Source of the DNA: Candidatus Marinacidobacterales bacterium
GTDB taxonomy: Bacteria; Acidobacteriota; Vicinamibacteria; Marinacidobacterales; DATDRI01
Direction of reading: 5' to 3'
DNA length: 64,000 nucleotides
Assembly (NCBI GenBank): GCA_965219415.1
Contig: OZ244742.1
Coordinates: 352,001-416,000 of the forward strand
How positions within the stretch are numbered: the first letter of the stretch is position 1; the number at the start of each line of letters is the position of its first letter. The translations under genes were made by a program, and so were the position numbers. The notes beneath the pieces are model-generated. The model worked only from the letters and a program-made list of their open reading frames with translations. It had not been told where the DNA came from and did not search any database. Shown here one piece after another: positions 38,227-48,429 of the stretch.

Positions 38227-39732
38227 CTATTCCGTTCCGCTCAGGCTCTTCTCCATCACATCGTAGATATGAGTGTTCCGATAGAACCCGCGGAGCCGAT
38301 GCGCGCCCGGGCCCACACCCAATGCAAAGACCGGGTCGCTGGTGTGCCCCCCGGTCGACCAGCTGACGGACGTCTGGCGAGATAGGGCCCGCCCCAGCAG
38401 AGCCTGTGCTGTGTCTTCTTCATCGGTGTAGAACTCCGAGAAATCGCAAACCTCTGCGCGGCCTTCAGCGTTCCGAGCCGCGGCCCTCGTCGCCTCCTCC
38501 CAGCTAAGATCCAAACCGGTGGCGTCTCGAACCTCGCGTCGAAGCCTGGCGGGGTCGGTTCCAGCTCTCTCTCCCATCAACTCATACGAACGCGTTTGCT
38601 TCCCGAGCAGCTCCAACTCGATCTTGCCCGGGTAGACATACCGCGGGCGGTACACATCCCCACTCGCCAGCCGAGTCTCCGGACGTGCTTCCCAATCGCC
38701 GTGTCGAGAGTATGTGAACGTGAAACCCCCCGTCCCGTGGTCCGCGGTCACCAGTAGCAGCGTGTCGGGATTCTCGGACTGAAAACGAGATGCCACGCCC
38801 AGGGCTTCATCGAAATCCAGAATCTCGTGAAGCATCGTTCCGGCGTCGTTGTCGTGACCCGCATAATCTATTCGGCCACCCTCCACCATGAGGAAGAAGC
38901 CTCTTTCCGCCTCGCCAAGCACTTGGAGCGCGGCGTCGGTCAGTTCCGCGAGGCTGGGCACACCATCCAGCGATTCACTGCGACGATCTAGAACATAGGG
39001 CAGGTTGCTGGCCGCGAAAAGACCGAGAAGCTTCTTCCCTTTCGACGCTTCGCCGAGAAGCGATTGGCGGTCGCTCACGACAGCGTAGCCGCGTTCCCCC
39101 GCCTCGGCGATAAGATCCCGTTGGTCAGTGCGCACCGAGCGCCCGTCGAGTCGGGCCGGAATTCCCGGTAGGCTCTCAGACACCCGCCGTCCCCGCGGGA
39201 CGAAAGCCCTCGCTCCCCCACCGAGAAGGACTTCGATGTCGTGCTCCGCCAAGATCTGATCGGAGATCTCCGCTTCCGGGTCATAGCGGGACAGTTGGTG
39301 TGAGGCGAAGGCAGCGGGAGTTGCATGAACCAGTCGCATGTTGGTTACCAGACCCGTGGCGAGTCCACGGCTCTCGCTGCGCTCGAGTATCGTCTCGATC
39401 GACTTTCCATCGATATCGAGCCCGAGTGTCTGGTTCCAAACCACCTGGCCCGTCGCCATCTGGGTCGCGGCGGCGGCGGAATCGGTCACCGTGGTCTGGT
39501 GTGAAACCGGAAGCGCATACCCGGCTTCACCGGATTCCATGAGTTTCTCCAGATGAAGCTGACGACCTTCGACGACGCGGGCGTATTCGAGTCCGAGCGC
39601 AATTTGAGTAGGGCCTAGCCCATCTCCGATGAACAGAATGACATTGCGGGCTCTTGGAGCCGGCGATGTGCCCTCACAGGCCGCACCGGCTACCACGCCA
39701 GCTATCAGCCCGGCGAGGGCGAGCCCGCGCAT
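38227..39732 (-). CDS. phoA: Alkaline phosphatase (PhoA family), probable lipoprotein
   Basis: ILFIGDG, TDSAAAAT, HATPA, MVEGGRIDYAGH, VTADH, GHT; signal ending AGAAC. Confidence 0.9.
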   Translation of the reverse strand: MRGLALAGLIAGVVAGAACEGTSPAPRARNVILFIGDGLGPTQIALGLEYARVVEGRQLHLEKLMESGEAGYALPVSHQTTVTDSAAAATQMATGQVVWNQTLGLDIDGKSIETILERSESRGLATGLVTNMRLVHATPAAFASHQLSRYDPEAEISDQILAEHDIEVLLGGGARAFVPRGRRVSESLPGIPARLDGRSVRTDQRDLIAEAGERGYAVVSDRQSLLGEASKGKKLLGLFAASNLPYVLDRRSESLDGVPSLAELTDAALQVLGEAERGFFLMVEGGRIDYAGHDNDAGTMLHEILDFDEALGVASRFQSENPDTLLLVTADHGTGGFTFTYSRHGDWEARPETRLASGDVYRPRYVYPGKIELELLGKQTRSYELMGERAGTDPARLRREVRDATGLDLSWEEATRAAARNAEGRAEVCDFSEFYTDEEDTAQALLGRALSRQTSVSWSTGGHTSDPVFALGVGPGAHRLRGFYRNTHIYDVMEKSLSGTE

Positions 39733-39734
39733 CG

Positions 39735-41099
39735 CTACTGCTCGGTCCGGACGAGGCTCGCTCGAATCCGCTCCTGAATCTGCCGAACCTTGGTCAACAC
39801 TTCTTCCACGTCCATTGTGACCACGTTGCGGTCCCGAACCACCCACTCCCCTCCGACCAGAACCGAACGCACGAAAGGCGCCTTGATGACGTAAACCAAA
39901 TGCGAGTACACATCGTAGAGAGGCGTCAGCTCCGGTTTGTCGAGGTCGATCAGCACCAAATCCGCGAGCTTCCCCGCCTCTATCGAGCCTACGTCGTCCG
40001 CAAGCCCCAATGCCTCCGCGGCGCCGATGGTCGCCATCCGGAACACGTCACGAGCAGGCATGGCTGTCGGGTCCTGTCGGTAAAGCTTGTGCACTTTGGC
40101 CGCGGTGTCCATCTCCTCGAACATGTCCAAATTGTTGTTACTAGCCGCGCCATCGGTGCCGAGGCCCACCGGAATCCCCGCAGCCAGCAAATCCGGTGCC
40201 CGGGCGATGCCCGACGCCCCCTTCATGTTGGACTCTGGGTTATGGGAGGTGGTGGCTCCGCTGCGGGCGATGAGCCGAATATCCTCGTCGGTCAGCGTGA
40301 TGATATGGTGCAGGATCATCCCCGAGTCGAGCACGCCGGCCCGATCGAGCGCGGATACGGTTGTCATACCCATCTTCTTTCTCACCGCCGTATCTTCCTC
40401 CGGTGACTCATGGGCGTGAATCTGGAACGGGACGTCGTATTTGCGCGCCATCTCCCGAGCCTTGCTGATCACTTCGATGTCGGTCGTGTAAAGCGCATGG
40501 GGTGCCACCGACGGCGTGACCCGAGGGTGGTCTCGGTATTTACGAACAAAGGCCTCGGTGGCAGCGAGTGCCTCGTCGGTGGTCTTGTAATCCGGCGCGG
40601 GGAAACCGATGATGGTCTGACCGAGTACTGCCCGCAGCCCCGATCGATCGGTGGCTCGCGCAATTTCGTCTTCGAAGTAATACATGTCGGCGAAAGTCGT
40701 CGTCCCGCCTCGAGCCATCTCGATGGCGCCGAGAAGAGTGCCCCAATAGACGAACTCCTTGTCCACGTTCCTTGCCTCGGCGGGAAAGATGAAATCGTTG
40801 AGCCATTCCATCAGCGCCATGTCGTCAGCCAGGCCGCGAAACAAAATCATCGGCACATGGCCATGGGTGTTGACCAGCCCGGGAATCACCAGATGCCCCG
40901 CGGCATCTACCACCTCTCGGGCGTCGGGAAGAGAATCTCCCGCCTCGATCACCGCCACGATGCGCTCCCCACGGATCGCGACCGTCGCCCCCTCCAGGAC
41001 CCGCATCTCTCGATCCATGGTCACCACCGTGCCGCCCTGGACCAACCGATCGACCGGCTCCGACTGAAGTAACGCCAACAACATCAAGTATTGGACCAT
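39735..41099 (-). CDS. Amidohydrolase, MTA/SAH (nucleoside) deaminase-like
   Basis: PGLVNTHGH, LFRGLADD, FADMY, APHA, HAHE, HNPESNMK, GTDGAASNN; short hydrophobic N-terminus. Confidence 0.85.
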   Translation of the reverse strand: MVQYLMLLALLQSEPVDRLVQGGTVVTMDREMRVLEGATVAIRGERIVAVIEAGDSLPDAREVVDAAGHLVIPGLVNTHGHVPMILFRGLADDMALMEWLNDFIFPAEARNVDKEFVYWGTLLGAIEMARGGTTTFADMYYFEDEIARATDRSGLRAVLGQTIIGFPAPDYKTTDEALAATEAFVRKYRDHPRVTPSVAPHALYTTDIEVISKAREMARKYDVPFQIHAHESPEEDTAVRKKMGMTTVSALDRAGVLDSGMILHHIITLTDEDIRLIARSGATTSHNPESNMKGASGIARAPDLLAAGIPVGLGTDGAASNNNLDMFEEMDTAAKVHKLYRQDPTAMPARDVFRMATIGAAEALGLADDVGSIEAGKLADLVLIDLDKPELTPLYDVYSHLVYVIKAPFVRSVLVGGEWVVRDRNVVTMDVEEVLTKVRQIQERIRASLVRTEQ

Positions 41100-41116
41100 G
41101 CTAGAATTCCCTTGTT

Positions 41117-42963
41117 ATGGGCCTCGTCAAGAGCTTCTTGCTACTCGTATTTGCATTAGTGGCCGCCCGGCCCGAGGTCACCGAGCGCGCGACCCGACCC
41201 GTGTTACAGGGTCTGGGAGACGGAACCCTTACCATCATGGCCGTTCCTGAGAATGTACCGCTCGAATTCTATACCGTTCAGTGCATCAGCGCCGAGTCCG
41301 ACCAAGTCTCCTTCTCGGTAAAGCGTTCGGGCGAAGACGCGGTGCCTCCGAACGCGGTGGCGGGCGAGCTCTACCAAGAAGTCGAGCGCGGCGTATTCTT
41401 CCGAATCGAAGAAGGAAACGAGACCTTCGCGATTGGCGATACGTTCAGCTTCGTCACCTACCCGGACATGGAAGAGCTGGACAAGCTCTTCGATCGTTGG
41501 GTGAGCCGCTACGTCAAGTGGATCATCTCCCGGGAGGAAAAGGACCGCTTCGAAGAGCTGGGCGCTCCGGAGGACAAGCTAGGCTTCATGGAGTCTTTCT
41601 GGAGGCGCCGAGACATGAGCCCCGAACCCCGGAGAATGAAGCGCGAAAGGAGCACCAGCGACGGTTTGCATACGCAACCCAACACTTCGGGGCCGGCACT
41701 CCGGGATGGGCGACCGATATGGGCAAGATCTACATCTTGTTGGGGCCTCCCCACTCCATCAATAGAAACCCCGCCGGTCGCACCGCATTCGAGCGTCCTT
41801 CTCAGGTATGGACCTACAACAACCCACCGAACCCAAGGCTACCCGCTTCGTTCGATATCGGATTCGTGGACTTCACCGCAACGGGTCGCTACGAGATCGT
41901 GGACGCCTCGAACCTCGACGTCTTGGCGCCGCTTCGCACGAACATCGGATGGGCCATGAGCGAGCTGGATGCTATCGGGCTCATGCGCAGCGGTGGCACG
42001 CTCATGGAGCCCAACACCGGGTCCCGTAGCGAGATACGCGCCGACCAGATGGTGATGGACCAGTTCGATTTTCAGCGAAACCTCACTGAAGTTGCAAGAG
42101 TTCCCAGGATCAACCTTCCACCGCTACGAGAGGTCACCGAGGCGCGTGCGGACTTTCCTTCGGTGCCGCTCACGACGAGCGCCGCCTTCTTCCCCTCCGA
42201 GGCAGGCTCGGCCTGGCTGTCCATCACCGTCGCCATGCCCTACGCCCGCCTAACGCCCCGACCGACCGACGACCGGACGGGCTATAGCTACGAAGCGGAC
42301 GTCTTGGTTCAAGTCATCGACGAGTCCGGAACAGAGCAATCCCCGATCGAGGACCACATCGAAATCCGGTTCCCAACCGAGGATTTGGGTTCGTACCGAG
42401 CCAGCCAAATGCTCTACGAAGGGTCGGCGACTCTCGCTCCCGGTACGTACCAGATAGAATCCCTGGTTCGGGACAACCCCAGCGGTGCGGTTGGTCGCTC
42501 CTCGGCTACCATCGAAGTCCCGGACTTCACCGGAGAGGGGCTCAAGCTCTCGAGTCTGCTTCTGGCGAGTGCGGCGCTACAGACTGATCCCCTCCCCGCC
42601 GGGGCTCCGCGCCGCCCCTTCCACTTCGGAAACTTGCGCTTGGTTCCGAACGTCCTTCAACGTTTCGATCGAGCGTCGACCCTGACCGCCTACGTTCAAG
42701 CTCTCGGCTACTCGCTCGGTCCCTTGACCGATCAGGCCAGGCTGCGGGTAGACTTCTTCATTCTCAAGGATGGGAGGCTCTTCTCCAAAGTAGCTCCGTC
42801 CTATCACCGGCCGTCCATGAAATCGAGCGTTGCGCTGATGAGCGAAATTACGCTCAAGGCGCTTCCACCGGGAAGCTACACGCTGCGCGTCCGCGTCACC
42901 GATGAGAACATCGAGCAGGTCGCGGAGCGGGATGCTGATTTTACGGTGACGGTTTCTCGCTAA
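41117..42963 (+). CDS. GWxTD domain-containing exported protein (apparent frameshift near 41625)
   Basis: VKWIIS.EEK..F...FWRRRD then EHQRRFAYA...GWATDMGKIYILLGPP in the next frame. Confidence 0.85.
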
Positions 42964-42966
42964 GTG

Positions 42967-43110
42967 CCCTCACCCGCCGTCCGACCACATTGTTCCTTGG
43001 CATTGCGTATTTTGGGCCGCTGTTTCCCCAACCCGCCTCCGTCCGCGTCCAAACTAAGGACTTCGGCGGGTCCGCCGAAGCTACTAGCGAAGGCGGAAAG
43101 GGAGAGGGAG
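42967..43110 (+). repeat. REP-like composite hairpin element, family B copy 2
   Basis: Shares AAGGACTTCGGCGGGTCCGCCGA, GCGAAGGCGGAA and GGGAGAGGGAG with reverse complement of 24568-24658; between convergent genes. Confidence 0.85.
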
Positions 43111-43131
43111 TAGAGGAAGGAAGCCAAGCAT

Positions 43132-44175
43132 CTAATCAAACCCGTTAATGCTATCGAGGAGCTGGCGGAGCCTCCCGAAGTTTCTGCGATTGAAATCGAA
43201 CTGAATGCGAGAGAGTGTCCCGAGCTGAGGGTCCTTCTCTTCTTCGGACAAAATGGGGGCCGTCTCTATTCGTCCCGAGATCAGAATGTCGGCGAAGGAA
43301 TGATTCAAATCGTCCAACTCCTTGCCACTCAGCTCACGCCGCAACCGTATCAGCAGTCGCCCTCCCACGTAGCGAGACGAATGGTAGAGACGATAGAAGC
43401 GGAGAGTCTCTTCGCAGGCCGCCTTCGGATTGGGCACCACCTTGAATAATGAAGTGTCTTCCTCGGACACGAGTCCGCCCGTCACCATCCGCGACTCGAT
43501 AAAACGCTCCAGCTCGCGGAAGTAACCGGTCTCCGGGCTCTCTACCATGACGACCGGAATGGGTGTCTGCTTGCCGGTTTGCAACAAGGTTAGAACCTCG
43601 AACGTTTCGTCGAGAGTGCCAAAACCCCCGGGAAACAGCACCACCGCGGAGGACTCTTTCAACAGAAAGAGCTTACGAGTAAAGAAGTATCGGAACGTGA
43701 GGAGCTTACGATCGCCACGGATGGTCCGGTTGGCCTGTTGTTCGAAGGGCAGTCGGATATTGACTCCGATGCTCATGTCGCGCCCCGCCCCCCGGTGCGC
43801 CGCTCCCATGATCCCGCTACCCGCGCCGGTCACGACCATCCACCCCGCCTCAGCCATGCGACGACCTAGCTCTTCGGCACGCTCGTAATCCGGCTGCCCG
43901 CGCTCCGTACGTGCAGAGCCAAACACCGTTACCTTTTGGACGCGGCGATACGGCGTGAACATCTTGAACGCAGAGCGCATTTCCTTCAGCGCCGCGTTCG
44001 CGATTTTTAGATCGCCGCGCTTCGCCTTCTCGATGCCAAGCTTCAAGGCACTGGTGGCGATCTGTAAAACGTAATCCTTTTCGCGGCCGGGGCAAGTCGC
44101 ACTCACCAACTCCTCGAGCTTTGCATCCAGCTCGGGTTGACCGGTTGAATAGCGCGGTTTCTTCCTGTCCCTCAT
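43132..44175 (-). CDS. LOG-family protein (nucleotide phosphoribohydrolase-like)
   Basis: VFGSAR, TGAGSGIM, FRYFFTRK, PGGFGTLDE; ATGA overlap with NCS2 gene. Confidence 0.9.
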   Translation of the reverse strand: MRDRKKPRYSTGQPELDAKLEELVSATCPGREKDYVLQIATSALKLGIEKAKRGDLKIANAALKEMRSAFKMFTPYRRVQKVTVFGSARTERGQPDYERAEELGRRMAEAGWMVVTGAGSGIMGAAHRGAGRDMSIGVNIRLPFEQQANRTIRGDRKLLTFRYFFTRKLFLLKESSAVVLFPGGFGTLDETFEVLTLLQTGKQTPIPVVMVESPETGYFRELERFIESRMVTGGLVSEEDTSLFKVVPNPKAACEETLRFYRLYHSSRYVGGRLLIRLRRELSGKELDDLNHSFADILISGRIETAPILSEEEKDPQLGTLSRIQFDFNRRNFGRLRQLLDSINGFD

Positions 44176-45518
44176 AGCAACAAATACCTTATCAGGAAGC
44201 ACACGGCGATGACATGCACTCCCCAGTGTAGCGACTTCCCCTTACCACTCGCCAAATAGAGTACCGAGGTCGAGATGAACCCGAACGAGATGCCCTCGGT
44301 GATATTCGTCGTGAGCGGCATCATGATTACGGTGAGGAACGCGGGAATCGCCTGTCGCGGATCGTTCCAAGCGATATCACCGATACCGTGCATCATGAAG
44401 ACCCCAATCAGAATGAGCGCCGGCGCCAGAATGGGGTAGAGCACAACTCCCCCACCAACGTCGAAGCCCGCCCCGACGACCTCGACGAGGGGGTGGAAGA
44501 AGATCGAGCCCGCCAGGAGCACCGCGGTTACCAGTGCCGCAAAGCCGGTCTTCCCTCCTGCCGCCACTCCGGCCACGCTCTCGACGTAGCTCGTCACCGT
44601 TGAAGTCCCCAAAACCGATCCCGCAACGGTCCCCACCGCGTCTGCCGTAAGTGCCTGGCGGGCTCGAGGAAGCTCACCGTTCACGATGAACCCGGCTCTC
44701 TGGCCCACGCCGATCAACGTGCCGACTGTGTCAAAGAGATCCACAAAGAGAAAGACGAAAACGACCGAAAGGAAATCCGATTCGCGGACAAGACCTCTAA
44801 AGTCGAGCGCAAACAGCGTCGGAGCGATCGAGGGCGGCCACGCCACAAAGCCGTGAAGCTTGACCAAACCGGTCAAGGCCGCCAGTAGCGTGGTAACGAG
44901 AATCCCAACCACCAGTGCGGCGGGTATCCGGGCGACGGTCAGCACCGCCATGACCGTGAGGCCGAACAAGGTCAAAAGGACGGGTGACTCGCCGAACTCC
45001 CCCAAACCAATGTAAATGCCCGGCCGGGGAACCAACAAGCCACCCCATCGCAAACCCACCACTGCAATGAGCAGCCCGATCCCGATGGCAATGCTGGTCT
45101 TCAGGTGCGCGGGTACCAGCGTGATGATGCGAGCCCGTAGCCCCCAGAAGGAGCTTACGAGGAAGATGCTGCCCGATACGAACACCGCGGCCAAGGCTAC
45201 CTGCCAACTGTAGCCGAGGCCGCCAGCCGCAATGGGGCCGCAGACGGTGATGGCGAAAAAGAAGTTGTGTCCCATCCCCGGTGCCAAGGCAATGGGATAG
45301 TTCGCGTGGAACGCCATCCAAACCGTCGCGAGCGCCGAGGCGAGGCAGGTCGCCACCATCACCGCCCCAGCGTCCATTCCCGTGCCGGCAAGCACGGCGG
45401 GATTGACCAACACGATGTAGGAAAGCGCCATATAAGTGCTGACGCCAGCTATGATTTCGGTCCGGACCGAACTGCCTGCTGCCGAAACGCCGAAAAAGTG
45501 AGTCAAACGTTCAATCAT
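44172..45518 (-). CDS. NCS2/AzgA-family purine permease
   Basis: RTEIIAG, YIVLVNP, ALAPGMG, DLFDTVGT, GTSTVTSYVES, GGKTG. Confidence 0.92.
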   Translation of the reverse strand: MIERLTHFFGVSAAGSSVRTEIIAGVSTYMALSYIVLVNPAVLAGTGMDAGAVMVATCLASALATVWMAFHANYPIALAPGMGHNFFFAITVCGPIAAGGLGYSWQVALAAVFVSGSIFLVSSFWGLRARIITLVPAHLKTSIAIGIGLLIAVVGLRWGGLLVPRPGIYIGLGEFGESPVLLTLFGLTVMAVLTVARIPAALVVGILVTTLLAALTGLVKLHGFVAWPPSIAPTLFALDFRGLVRESDFLSVVFVFLFVDLFDTVGTLIGVGQRAGFIVNGELPRARQALTADAVGTVAGSVLGTSTVTSYVESVAGVAAGGKTGFAALVTAVLLAGSIFFHPLVEVVGAGFDVGGGVVLYPILAPALILIGVFMMHGIGDIAWNDPRQAIPAFLTVIMMPLTTNITEGISFGFISTSVLYLASGKGKSLHWGVHVIAVCFLIRYLLL

Positions 45519-46140
45519 TTTGTAAAACCCATGGTACTTGGGGTCCCCCTCTAGAACGAGCGCACAGCGCGCGAGCCGCGGACTCCAGTTCTTTTTGCCC
45601 TCCCTTCGTGCTCGTCGCCATGCGGCCCAGACCGACCCGAGCAGACCATTGCTTCCAACTCTCCGGAGACTTGGCGTGAGCACCCGACTCGGTGTGCACC
45701 GATTCGCTGTGTAACAAGAGTCGATACTCGAGCTCTCGGACTAGCGGGCCCAACTTTTGCGAACCGCCACGGGGTCCGTACGCTCCGTCACTCCGAACCG
45801 GCCCTTCTCGTTCCACCCGCTCGAGAAGGGAGACCGCCGCCCGGGACAGCCGATCGAGTTGCCAGGAAGCGCGGGACGTACCCACCGCAACGAGAGCGGG
45901 CCAGAGTCGACGATGGACAAAGGTCACCTTGTTCTTCACCAGCTTGACACTCGTCACGTCTGGATGATCGGCGAGCTTCTCACTCACGTTAAAAATCTCC
46001 TCCCCCCGCGGGTGGCCCCACCACGAGCCTCGAACCGGCTCGCCAACAACGAGCCCGGCGACGCTTGGCAAATCAACATCGGTAAGCAAAAGGAGTCCTA
46101 CTTTCTCAAGCTTCCGAAAAACCAGCGTGTAACGACTCAC
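45511..46140 (-). CDS. Conserved hypothetical protein (possibly winged-helix/AlkZ-related)
   Basis: LPSV...GEPVRGSWWGHP...KLVKNKVTFVHRRLWP; HTESGAHAK; GTG start assumed. Confidence 0.55.
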   Translation of the reverse strand: MSRYTLVFRKLEKVGLLLLTDVDLPSVAGLVVGEPVRGSWWGHPRGEEIFNVSEKLADHPDVTSVKLVKNKVTFVHRRLWPALVAVGTSRASWQLDRLSRAAVSLLERVEREGPVRSDGAYGPRGGSQKLGPLVRELEYRLLLHSESVHTESGAHAKSPESWKQWSARVGLGRMATSTKGGQKELESAARALCARSRGGPQVPWVLQND

Positions 46141-46141
46141 T

Positions 46142-46950
46142 TCAAAGAAAAAGTCCGACAGGATTAACCGGAATGCCAAAGAGTTGAAGAACCGTGGGCG
46201 CAATGTCGATAGTGCGCGCACTCTCTCGCTCCAGCGTGCGGTTACTAATCAAGACTCCCACCGTGATATTCGCGTCGGAAGAACAATGATCCCCGCTCCA
46301 GTTGTTGCGGTTGTCGGTGATGACCTCATGGGGAATCCCACCCAAAGTGGTCTCCCACGACACTCGATACCCCGGCTTGAACCCCACCACGATCGACGAC
46401 GTAATCCACATCCTGCAGAAACGTGTCGCAGTCGATGGCGTTGTCCTTCAACGGGTTCGTTGCGATGGAGCATCCCAGCGTCTCATAGTAACCGATCGCA
46501 TCCGCCTTGCTCGCCCGCGTATCCCGGGAGGTGCGATATACGAACGTTGGGAGGAAGCCGCTTGGGATTCCAGTTGATCGGCTCCATGTAAATCTCAACG
46601 TTGGGCTCTACGTCGCGGAGTTCCTCCGCTGGAAACGTGACCGACGCCCCTAACGGGGACTCGGAGGGGCTGGTGGTGGTGAGCGGCACGAACTGCCCCT
46701 GCCGGCTGAGTCTCTGGAGGTTTGGCAGATGGCCTTCCCCCATGAAGCGAGCCGCAAGAGCCGGATCGGCCCCGTCGAACCCGAGGACGATGACCTTGGG
46801 CTCCGCGGCTCGGACCTCGACGGCCGCCATCACACCCGGGGCAGCCACCGCAGCTGCTAAGCTACGTCGAAAACAGGTAGTGGTCTAGTTTAACTAGACC
46901 ACTACCCGAAAACACGCCCATTTCAGGAATTGCTTCTTTTGTGCTAGCAT
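46142..46950 (-). pseudogene. Degraded AlkP-superfamily nucleotide pyrophosphatase/phosphodiesterase
   Basis: Fragments in different frames: VIVLGFDGADP...LPNL...TTSPSESP; PINWNP...ISH; VVGFKPGYRVSW...WSGDH...IDIAPTVL; 5' end interrupted by a palindromic insert. Confidence 0.8.
46868..46914. mobile_element. Minimal insertion: 31-bp perfect palindrome flanked by 8-bp direct repeat
   Basis: CGAAAACA-[GGTAGTGGTCTAGTT T AACTAGACCACTACC]-CGAAAACA. Confidence 0.85.
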
Positions 46951-47009
46951 GCACCGCTTATGCCAGGGCAAGGGCCCCGGCGCCGAGAAACCTACCAAGG
47001 AGGTAGTCA

Positions 47010-47282
47010 TTGGCTCATAGTCGTTCGGCGGAGAAACGTATCCGTCAAAATGAGCAGCACCGGCTCCGCAATCGTTCCGATCGCTCTCGGTTGCGCAGCG
47101 ACATCAGGAAGCTCCGCCAGGTGGTGGCCAACGAGGACGCGGCTAAAGCCCGTGAGCTTCTTCCGAGCACGACGTCCCTCATCGATCGGATGATCAAGAA
47201 GGGTGTCATTCACGAGAACACCGGTTCTCGCTACAAATCGCGGCTCGCCAAGCTCCTCGCTACATCCGAGAGTGCTGTCTGA
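47010..47282 (+). CDS. rpsT: 30S ribosomal protein S20
   Basis: SAEKRIRQ..RLRNR, KGVIHEN..R.KSRL; AGGAGGT SD before TTG. Confidence 0.96.
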   Translation: MAHSRSAEKRIRQNEQHRLRNRSDRSRLRSDIRKLRQVVANEDAAKARELLPSTTSLIDRMIKKGVIHENTGSRYKSRLAKLLATSESAV

Positions 47283-47357
47283 TCACTTTGGTCGTTAGCA
47301 CTACGCATTTTGACGGCCACACGATAGCGCCCCATTTTTTTGGCGCCCGTCGTTTTC

Positions 47358-48428
47358 CTACCGCGGAGAGGGAATAACCGAAGGAAGCCCTTTTCCGCTC
47401 TCCGGCTTCCTTGCCCCGCAAACCGCGAGGACGAACCCCTCGAGTATCAATCTCGCCGGCGTTCCGCTGCTCTTCAGCTGCCGATCACAGCGTGCAAGGC
47501 CCTCGATGGCGTCCAACAAGTCCTGCTCCTGGTACCGATCCGACCAACGAGAGATGTTGTCCGCGGCCCGGGGCGGCACCCTCAAGACTTTCATCAGTTG
47601 ACCGCTCCGGCCCCTCCCCGGTCCGAACTCCTTAGCTATGAGTAGCTGACCCAGCACGCGATCGAGCAGCGCCAGGATCCGTAGCGCCGGCTCGCCCTCG
47701 TCCAGCAACCGCCCCAACTGCTTGAGGGCAACCGCGGCTTGGCGAGACGCCACCGCGTCAGTGAACCTAAAGATGCTCTGCGCCTTCCCGCGCCCCAAGA
47801 GGGACGCGAGCTCCTGCCCATCCAGTTTTTGAGCGCCAGCATAGAGCGAGATCTTCTCGAGCTCGCCGAGCTGGCGTCGCAGGTCCGAGCCGAACTCGGC
47901 GGCTAGGTACCGAACCGTTTCGGTGTCCAAGGGAATTCGTCGAAGGCGTGCTTGCTCGGCAACCCATTCTTCGATTTCCCATTCCTTCGGTGGGTCACAC
48001 TGCACGACGGTAACTCGTTTCTCGATCTCCTTCCACGCCTTGCGTCGACCATCGGGAGAGCTCTCGAGCTCCATGACCAGAACCGTCTGTGGTGACGGAT
48101 CCTTCAAGTAGCCGACCAGTGCCTCTGCCTGCGCACCCTCGACGAGACGCTTGGCCCTCCTGACAACGAGAACGCGATATCGCCCACCTGCTCCGGCGAG
48201 TGCTAGTAGTGGGAGCGTATTCGCCGCCATCACCAGCGACTCCGCGGTGGTCTTCTCGCCGTCGTATCGCTCCAGGTTGAACTCGTCCGCGGCGTCGCCG
48301 AGAGCCGTCTTCCAAAGTTGGTCGAGCGCTAACTCGCGGAGCAGATCTTGATCGCCGCGCAACACATAGGCCGAGGCCAACTTGCCAGACGCTAGATGCT
48401 TGTCTAGCTGCGAGTAGGCGAGCTTCAA
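47358..48428 (-). CDS. holA: DNA polymerase III delta subunit
   Basis: YVLRG, FNL, ANTLP, YLKDPSP.T, ELEKISLY, IFRFTDAV, D..LKS; leuS-lptE-holA synteny. Confidence 0.9.
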   Translation of the reverse strand: MKLAYSQLDKHLASGKLASAYVLRGDQDLLRELALDQLWKTALGDAADEFNLERYDGEKTTAESLVMAANTLPLLALAGAGGRYRVLVVRRAKRLVEGAQAEALVGYLKDPSPQTVLVMELESSPDGRRKAWKEIEKRVTVVQCDPPKEWEIEEWVAEQARLRRIPLDTETVRYLAAEFGSDLRRQLGELEKISLYAGAQKLDGQELASLLGRGKAQSIFRFTDAVASRQAAVALKQLGRLLDEGEPALRILALLDRVLGQLLIAKEFGPGRGRSGQLMKVLRVPPRAADNISRWSDRYQEQDLLDAIEGLARCDRQLKSSGTPARLILEGFVLAVCGARKPESGKGLPSVIPSPR

Positions 48429-48429
48429 A

